Shown piece by piece: positions 16,310 through 21,084 of a DNA stretch of 21,084 bases. Origin of the DNA: Candidatus Thorarchaeota archaeon SMTZ1-45 (GTDB lineage: Archaea > Asgardarchaeota > Thorarchaeia > Thorarchaeales > Thorarchaeaceae); contig LRSL01000056.1 of the NCBI GenBank assembly GCA_001563335.1, positions 1 to 21,084 of the forward strand, in the 5' to 3' direction. Position 1 is the stretch's first letter. Every line of letters starts with the position of its first letter. A program made the translations under genes and the position numbers. Below the pieces are notes generated by a model. The model made no database searches. It was not told the origin of the DNA and worked only from the letters and a program-made list of their open reading frames with translations.

Positions 16310-17089
16310 TCAAGTTATTGCGGTTCTTCTCCATTCTTCAAAGATGGCCATATACATACATTCTGATGGAGGAATCCACATCTCTGCTGAGTCAAATGAT
16401 TTGTCAACAAAATCAACTGGAGCATTTCTAATTATTACTGCTGGAATTGACTCATCTGATTCGCCCATAACAGCAGTACAAGCAGATGCAAGATTATCTG
16501 CAATAGCTCTGCGTGTGATATGTAGTTCATTACCAAACAAGTCCTTTCTACCTCTATCATCAGCAACAGGATAGAATCCAGCAACACCAAGAGCCATTCC
16601 AACATTTCCCAATCTCAAGGGTTGTGTACGACTATCAATTACAATGATACCTACCTCCTTCCCAAGGCGACTTCTAATCTCATTACGCAGTCTTTCTGCA
16701 CTCGCACGAGGATTGGTTGGAAGCAGTGACGCATGACCTGGTGGTACGTTAGATTTGTCAACTCCTGCATTGGCCATCAAGGTGTTGTTCTTGATCGTAA
16801 GAACCACGTGTGGAATGCCTCCCAAGATTTCGTCAGCCTCTCTGATAATGAGCTCAGCCACTTCAGGAAGTATATCGTACTGATGCGCCAATTCCTCAGC
16901 CTGCTCTGATGGTGTCACATCAGATAATGCCACAACCCTACCCTCAGTTGTCCCGAGAGGGGTTTCAGCAATGGCGAGGATATCATCGTCCTCTAATTCA
17001 AGCCCTGCATCTTCGATTCCTTTCAAGATTACATCAAGGAGGCTATCAGCTGGCGTAATTATCCGGGTTTTAATGGGAAGAATGTTCAT
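16310..17089 (-). CDS. cofE: Coenzyme F420-0:L-glutamate ligase
   Basis: DDDILAIAET, EGRVV, ANAGVDKSN, DS..QPLRLG, DDRGRKDLFGNEL.IT..AIADNLAS, MGESDE..PAVIIR. Start probably ATG 17089. Confidence 0.92.
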   Translation of the reverse strand: MNILPIKTRIITPADSLLDVILKGIEDAGLELEDDDILAIAETPLGTTEGRVVALSDVTPSEQAEELAHQYDILPEVAELIIREADEILGGIPHVVLTIKNNTLMANAGVDKSNVPPGHASLLPTNPRASAERLRNEIRSRLGKEVGIIVIDSRTQPLRLGNVGMALGVAGFYPVADDRGRKDLFGNELHITRRAIADNLASACTAVMGESDESIPAVIIRNAPVDFVDKSFDSAEMWIPPSECMYMAIFEEWRRTAIT

Positions 17090-17131
17090 TCTGGAAACCA
17101 AAAAGAGCTTATCAGTGACCACAAAATAAAG

Positions 17132-18556
17132 TCATCCATGTCCCTTCTTCTGAAGCTTTCGTCTCTCAGCCATGATACACTTATCACCCTTACGACCACC
17201 CATTGGATTTCGAGTTGTCCCCATTGAGTTCATACATCTGGCAGCCACTGCTGCGCCCATTGCTAAACCATCCTCGACAAAGAGAATGTCATGGGAAGAG
17301 GTCCATAATTCCCCGTTATTCAGCTTCAAATTATCAATGATTATCTTTGGTTTATCTCCAGTTATTATTGAACGGCCAGTTAGCCCTAATGATGTGTTGT
17401 CAAAGATGAGACCTTCTGCATCAACTAATAGGAGTAGTTTTTGTACGATTCGTGCTTGAATATGGTCTATCACAGTGAGTAGAGCATTAATTCCAGCCTC
17501 ATTGATTATGACTTCTCCGATTTTTTCCAATTCGTTTAGCTTTGACCCATTTGTGCCAACATCAACACCAATCAACAGGACTCCTGAATCCTCTGCAGAT
17601 TTTCCATTCACTGGGACTGTCCCAAATCGGGTGTCTGTTTGTTTGACCTTCTCAATTCTAATATGCTTTTCAATATCAATAATCCAGTTCTCTTCAATCT
17701 GAACACTTTTCGATTTTCTTGAATGCGGGATATCTAATACTGATCCATTCTTCAAAGGAACTAAACCAGAGAGGTGTACCAATGAGTCGGGTATTGCACC
17801 AGCCAATCCAGCAAAGGACCCGATTGTTTTAGCATAGGGGTAGCTATCATCTGTAATCCGACCAGCGAGAGTTGTGCCAAAATCAAGAGTCATTACAGGA
17901 TTACGGAAATCAATGTCGGTGCTTTTTGCAGCACCTTTGATACCAGCAGTGACCAACTCACCCTCCATCTCATTAGCCACGATATCTGTTTCTGACGGTG
18001 GTAATGAACTTGCGACAGCACCATCAAAATAGACTTTCTTCAACCAAGTGAAGTCCTGTAAACTTGGTGGAAGATTCTCAGCAGTAAGAGAGGCAGTCAT
18101 CTTACGGGGAGGAACACCAGCGCTTAAACATCCCTCAGCAAGAGCTCGAACAATCATTCCAACTTCTGAAGGATGAGCAAAGCCTGCAGTAACACCAGTG
18201 GATCTAACGACAAAATGAAGATCTCTAGCAATATCTAGTCGTACTCGGTCTAGTACTGTAATTAATATGTCTGCAATCATTTCCGATACAGATTCTCTAG
18301 TAAGGTTGACTCCGAAGATTGTCTTGCCAAATATGGTTTCTTCAGGTTTTGGGGGACGAACATCCCTTGTTAACCGAATTTCCTTATCTATCTCGAAAAT
18401 TTCTGCAGTTTCAAGATTGGTGGATACAAGTATGCACTTAGTTGTTGTATTCCCCAGCTCTACTGATGCAACTGTGTAAAATGGTCCCTTCCGAAGAGAA
18501 GAAACTCCAATCGATCGAGGTCGATGAATTTTATCTTTCTTCAGCACTAAAACCAC
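17132..18556 (-). CDS. Methanogenesis marker protein 14 (DUF2114-like; ASKHA-fold ATPase)
   Basis: VASVELGNTTTKCIL, LHFVVRSTGVTAGF, VANEMEGELVTAGIK, DFRNP..LDFGTTLAGRI, GLAGAIPD, ARCMNSMGT..NPMGG; lies directly downstream of mtrH. Confidence 0.85.
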   Translation of the reverse strand: MVLVLKKDKIHRPRSIGVSSLRKGPFYTVASVELGNTTTKCILVSTNLETAEIFEIDKEIRLTRDVRPPKPEETIFGKTIFGVNLTRESVSEMIADILITVLDRVRLDIARDLHFVVRSTGVTAGFAHPSEVGMIVRALAEGCLSAGVPPRKMTASLTAENLPPSLQDFTWLKKVYFDGAVASSLPPSETDIVANEMEGELVTAGIKGAAKSTDIDFRNPVMTLDFGTTLAGRITDDSYPYAKTIGSFAGLAGAIPDSLVHLSGLVPLKNGSVLDIPHSRKSKSVQIEENWIIDIEKHIRIEKVKQTDTRFGTVPVNGKSAEDSGVLLIGVDVGTNGSKLNELEKIGEVIINEAGINALLTVIDHIQARIVQKLLLLVDAEGLIFDNTSLGLTGRSIITGDKPKIIIDNLKLNNGELWTSSHDILFVEDGLAMGAAVAARCMNSMGTTRNPMGGRKGDKCIMAERRKLQKKGHG

Positions 18557-18563
18557 ATCCTGA

Positions 18564-19504
18564 TTATTTCAGTTTCCTGTAAGGATGAGTGTCAGGAGGT
18601 GTCACACCAAACTCTAGTTCTGAAGACTCAGCTGCAAAGATATCCCCCATTGCAATCACAGGAAACACATGATTAGCATTTTCAATGGGACCATAGAGCA
18701 CAAAATCAGCCCCCATCATCTGCACAATGAGATTCGATGCAACATCAGCTGTGAAGAAGACTTCTCGATTAATCTTCTTGTACTTTCTTAACCATGTCCA
18801 AGATGATGGGGCATTATGAACTCCAGAACCAGTAGGCTGTCCGTAGATTGTTTTTGATACGAATGTAAAAGCTGCTGCAGATCCAGCACCAGCTCCAATT
18901 GCAGTCACAGCTGTGTCAATCAATGGTTTTGTAATGCCCAACTCTCTTGCAAGATCAATCAGACCCTTCTTGAGTGTCAGAACACCCTTCTCTAACACAG
19001 CCCTTCTGCCTGCGATGGACGGATTTTGAGGATTGAAAGCAAGAAGTATTGCACTTTCTGGTTGGACCTCTCCTAGAGCATCTAACTCCTCATCTGTTGC
19101 TGACACATTGAGGGAATTGTATATTGCACGATCAAGAAGGCCAGTTTCTTCTGCATGTCTTAAGCCTGTGATACGGACCAAAGGGTCTGTCGAGTCAATT
19201 AGAAAAGGTGCGTTAGAGAGGTCAGACACAAAATCAATGCAATGTACTTCTTCAATGCATGTTCAGACTCAGAAAAAATCTGAATAAGCGCAGGATTCCC
19301 GGTCAAAGCGGACATCTCATCTTGCGTCTGAATCAGAGATGTAGCACTCTCTTTGTCAAACACTCCCTTTTTCGAATCAGATACTATCTTGTGTCCACTA
19401 TAGAAGATGGTTCCACCCAGAACAGTTGGTGTTTCCCCAGGATTGCCACCGATTTTAACTCCACCAATGGTGTGGATTACCTGTTCTTTCTCAAATACAA
19501 ACAC
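18564..19504 (-). pseudogene. mtrH: MtrH (methyl-H4MPT:corrinoid methyltransferase) split by a frameshift
   Basis: N-part MFVFEKEQ..IGGNPGETPTVLGGTIFY (19199-19504) and C-part PFLIDST..IYNSLN..LIDTA..GSGVHN..GADFVLYGPIENA (18564-19229) are in different frames. A 5-bp tandem duplication lies at 19235-19244. Confidence 0.88.
19235..19244. repeat. 5-bp tandem duplication CAATG-CAATG causing the mtrH frameshift
   Basis: Removing one copy restores TAC ATT GAT TTT GTG TCT GAC (YIDFVSD) and joins the two ORFs. Confidence 0.9.
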
Positions 19505-19509
19505 CTGTC

Positions 19510-20196
19510 TTATACCTCCCTTCCGAAAAGAATTGTACCAGTTTCATCATCTTGTACCTCTATCAAGACTGACGAGGGGTTCTCTGATACAATAGCACTT
19601 GTTTGTTGACTCGAAACTAAGGAACTCGTTGAATCCAGAATGACACTGTATTCTGGAAGGAGTATCACATCAGCCCTTGATGATAGTTTTGGAGTCTTTT
19701 TAGGTGCGATTTTAGATTCCACCCACATAGCTCCTTTCGAGTACTCACCAGGATTCGTTATACTTAGCTCTTTTGCTTTGGCACCTATTATTTCAGGATC
19801 ATTAGTGTTTATCATGTCTATTAGTTCAATTTGATCTCTAAAATGATCTATACCTTCGAGTGGTATATTCTCTATGTATGGGATTGCACCTTCAGCATCG
19901 ATTATCTTACGTGTTTCTGGGTCAACACCATTTTGATACAGGGCTCTTAGAGAGCGACCTGTTAGGTGACCTGGAACCTCAGGTCCTGATAGAATCAAGT
20001 ATCGTATTTTTGGATTTGATATGATATTGATAATGACCCGTTCAATACCAATATTCTCTGTCTTACAGGTGCCAATTATTGCATACTCTGTATCCACACT
20101 AATCTTCTTGCCTAGTGTGCATATCGCGACACAATGAGTGCTATTTCCAACTTCAAAATCACCTGATATAGGAGGCCATTCACGATCACTGCTCAT
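19510..20196 (-). CDS. mtrA: MtrA/MtxA-like corrinoid protein, soluble (no transmembrane anchor)
   Basis: WPPISGDF.VG, VAICTL, G.CKTENIGIERVI.NIISNP.IRYLIL.G.EV.GH.TG (cobalt-ligand His), GAIPYIEN. The C-terminal extension is not hydrophobic. Confidence 0.92.
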   Translation of the reverse strand: MSSDREWPPISGDFEVGNSTHCVAICTLGKKISVDTEYAIIGTCKTENIGIERVIINIISNPKIRYLILSGPEVPGHLTGRSLRALYQNGVDPETRKIIDAEGAIPYIENIPLEGIDHFRDQIELIDMINTNDPEIIGAKAKELSITNPGEYSKGAMWVESKIAPKKTPKLSSRADVILLPEYSVILDSTSSLVSSQQTSAIVSENPSSVLIEVQDDETGTILFGREV

Positions 20197-20213
20197 TGTC
20201 TTTCTTCACTCTC

Positions 20214-21084
20214 CTATTCGTTTGTAGGTGGTTCAAATAGAGGTCTATCAATATCTAAGGCAAAGTTTGCCTCAGCTATTGCTGATACTATTGCATTTCC
20301 AATTAGAGCAACAGATGTGAATACTTCCTTAGTGTGAATCATTGAACCATACATTATTGCGTCAGTGGCAAATAGCTGAGCTGCAACCGTTGATGCAACG
20401 AGTGCAGCATTCTGAATAGAATCAATATCGAGCCCAGATTGTTTGATGAATTTCCATGCTGAAGGAGCATTATGTGGTCCTAAACACGTGGGGAGTCCGA
20501 GTTCGGATTTTATTGCCAATGTCGTTCTATACTCAAGGCCATAACCAGCTCCAATGGGCATTGTTGCAGGGTCAATCAGAAATTTCTTGATTCCCATGGA
20601 TTCAGAGAGCATAAGAGCATCTCTTATTGTTTCCATTCTTTCCGGTAATGTTGTGGCTCGTGGAGACCATCCCAACACCACAGCCATGTCAATGGAGCTG
20701 TTTTTCAATACCTCCTTCTCATTATCCTTCATCGATAGGTTGATTGAATTATAGATTGTTCTTGTGGAGAGCCCTGACTCGTCACAGTATTCGATGGCGC
20801 GAATACGAGCTTCAGCATTAGTCGATTCAAACATAAAGGGACCGTCAAAATTCTCAGATAACCATGACAAGTGATTTTCTATTGCTATAGGTGTTCGTCC
20901 ATAGGCTTGGATGACAAGTGGATGACCTGTCTTTTCAACCATTGATAATCCTGTGTTAATCCATTCTTTTGCTGTGTTCTTATCGAAAATGCCTTCTCGC
21001 GTGTTTTCCATTATTGGTTGACCCTTGAAGAATAAACCTCCCACTAAAACAGTGGGATTTTCGCCAGGATGCCCTCCTATAGTA
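20214..21084 (-). CDS. Second, divergent MtrH-family methyltransferase (5' end outside window)
   Basis: The frame continues to the window edge as TIGGHPGENPTVLVGGLFF; also G.FDK..A, IYNSIN, LIDPA, GPHNAPSAW, DAIMYG. Confidence 0.85.
   Translation of the reverse strand, partial: TIGGHPGENPTVLVGGLFFKGQPIMENTREGIFDKNTAKEWINTGLSMVEKTGHPLVIQAYGRTPIAIENHLSWLSENFDGPFMFESTNAEARIRAIEYCDESGLSTRTIYNSINLSMKDNEKEVLKNSSIDMAVVLGWSPRATTLPERMETIRDALMLSESMGIKKFLIDPATMPIGAGYGLEYRTTLAIKSELGLPTCLGPHNAPSAWKFIKQSGLDIDSIQNAALVASTVAAQLFATDAIMYGSMIHTKEVFTSVALIGNAIVSAIAEANFALDIDRPLFEPPTNE

Noticed and set aside
19199-19260. Programmed ribosomal frameshift or stop-codon recoding in mtrH
   Set aside because: The break is fully explained by a 5-bp duplication, and there is no in-frame stop to recode.
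424-20754. Many 60-220 aa ORFs antisense to or overlapping the called genes (e.g. 1486-2142, 4011-4373, 9923-10270, 15020-15424, 19259-19609)
   Set aside because: They are shadows of well-supported genes, mostly Ser/Ile-rich antisense translations with no motifs.
16310-21084. Interpreting mtrA/mtrH/marker 14/cofE as evidence of methanogenesis
   Set aside because: There is no mcr or membrane Mtr subunit in the window, MtrA lacks its anchor, and the gene context is Asgard-like.
1-21084. CRISPR arrays, tRNA/rRNA genes, IS elements
   Set aside because: Intergenic gaps are short (under about 280 nt), and I saw no spaced direct repeats, cloverleaf/T-loop signatures or transposase ORFs.

Overview
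Gene-dense archaeal window, most consistent with an Asgard archaeon, probably Thorarchaeia-like. This is inferred from gene content: two Rab-like GTPases, a roadblock protein, an EF-2 paralog lacking the diphthamide loop, and soluble MtrA/MtrH. Left to right: a partial Lrp/AsnC-like regulator with an apparently damaged C-terminus; a hexapeptide N-acetyltransferase; the EF-2 paralog; a large TPR-like protein; a minus-strand cluster (roadblock, CxxC thioredoxin with a strongly KaiB-like segment, two single-domain KaiC-like ATPases resembling CI and CII) divergent from a Rab-like GTPase; a 7-bladed WD40 protein divergent from a HEAT plus adaptin/COPI-appendage-like protein; a small ORF; a second Rab-like GTPase with a Rho-type insert; a PolB2 cassette preceded by inverted repeats; larC; cofE; methanogenesis marker 14; an mtrH frameshifted by a 5-bp duplication; soluble mtrA; and a second, partial mtrH. 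The best candidates for undescribed systems are (1) a redox-sensing 'split KaiBC' module linked to a roadblock/Rab switch, (2) a proto-coatomer-like Rab/WD40/appendage cluster, and (3) a soluble MtrH-MtrA-MtrH-Mmp14 methyltransfer module. All family calls come from motif recognition by eye, and reference sequences are quoted from memory; no searches were run.
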